From the sequence record DRR723986_6929: 23,305 nt of DNA, one strand, 5' to 3'. The notes under the pieces are model-generated. The model had not been told where the DNA came from. It saw only the letters and a program-made list of their open reading frames with translations, and did no database searches. The position numbers and the translations under genes were made by a program. Positions 23,239 through 23,305 of this stretch are shown piece by piece. How positions within the stretch are numbered: the stretch's first letter is position 1; every line of letters begins with the position of its first letter.

Positions 23239-23305
23239 TGGCTGGGGCGGCAGGATTCGAACCTGCGAATGCCGATACCAAAAACCGGTGCCTTACCACT
23301 TGGCG
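23239..23305 (-). tRNA. tRNA-Gln(UUG), 5' end cut by window edge; putative integration site
   Basis: Reverse complement reads ...CGCCAAGTGGTAAGGCA-CCGGT-TTTTGGT-ATCGG-CATTC-GCAGG-TTCGAAT-CCTGG-CGCCCCA-G-CCA. Anticodon TTG at 23279-23281; CCA is encoded. Confidence 0.95.

Larger units (their letters stand above)
1..23260. mobile_element. Putative ICE with F-type T4SS, integrated at tRNA-Gln (left end outside window)
   Basis: Tyrosine integrase ~195 bp from a tRNA 3' end, followed by HTH regulators and a near-complete MPF-F tra operon. The second att site, relaxase and T4CP are not visible, so boundaries are approximate. Confidence 0.85.

Noticed and set aside
1-23305. Anti-phage defence, toxin-antitoxin, resistance or metabolic cargo
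   Set aside because: No ORF in the window supports such a call. Coding space is accounted for by transfer, regulation and integration genes.

Overview
The window is the right-hand ~23 kb of a putative integrative conjugative element (ICE) inserted at the 3' end of a tRNA-Gln(UUG) gene. From the tRNA inward it holds an att-like region (four GTAATAAAA repeats at a 12-bp period and IHF-consensus sites), a tyrosine integrase, a small ORF overlapping the integrase antisense, two convergent HTH regulators and an AT-rich control region. It then carries a tightly coupled ~19.8-kb minus-strand F-type (MPF-F) transfer operon: dsbC-traA-L-E-K-B-V-C-W-U-N1-N2-trbC-trhF-traF-H-G. The 3' end of a convergent membrane-protein gene (entry-exclusion candidate) sits at the left edge. 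No relaxase or coupling protein is in the window. The outstanding feature is the split TraN. Its second half carries 19 Cys at exact 9-residue spacing (consensus C-D-P-x-T-T-R-R-V), a short cationic Cys-closed loop, and another 19 Cys at exact 9-residue spacing with a different consensus (C-R-x-V-T-V-P-G-A). The matched counts and mirror-positioned irregular units suggest one very long disulfide-laddered antiparallel hairpin, possibly tens of nm, projecting from the mating-pair stabilisation protein. All gene calls come from motif and synteny recognition by eye; no database searches were run.
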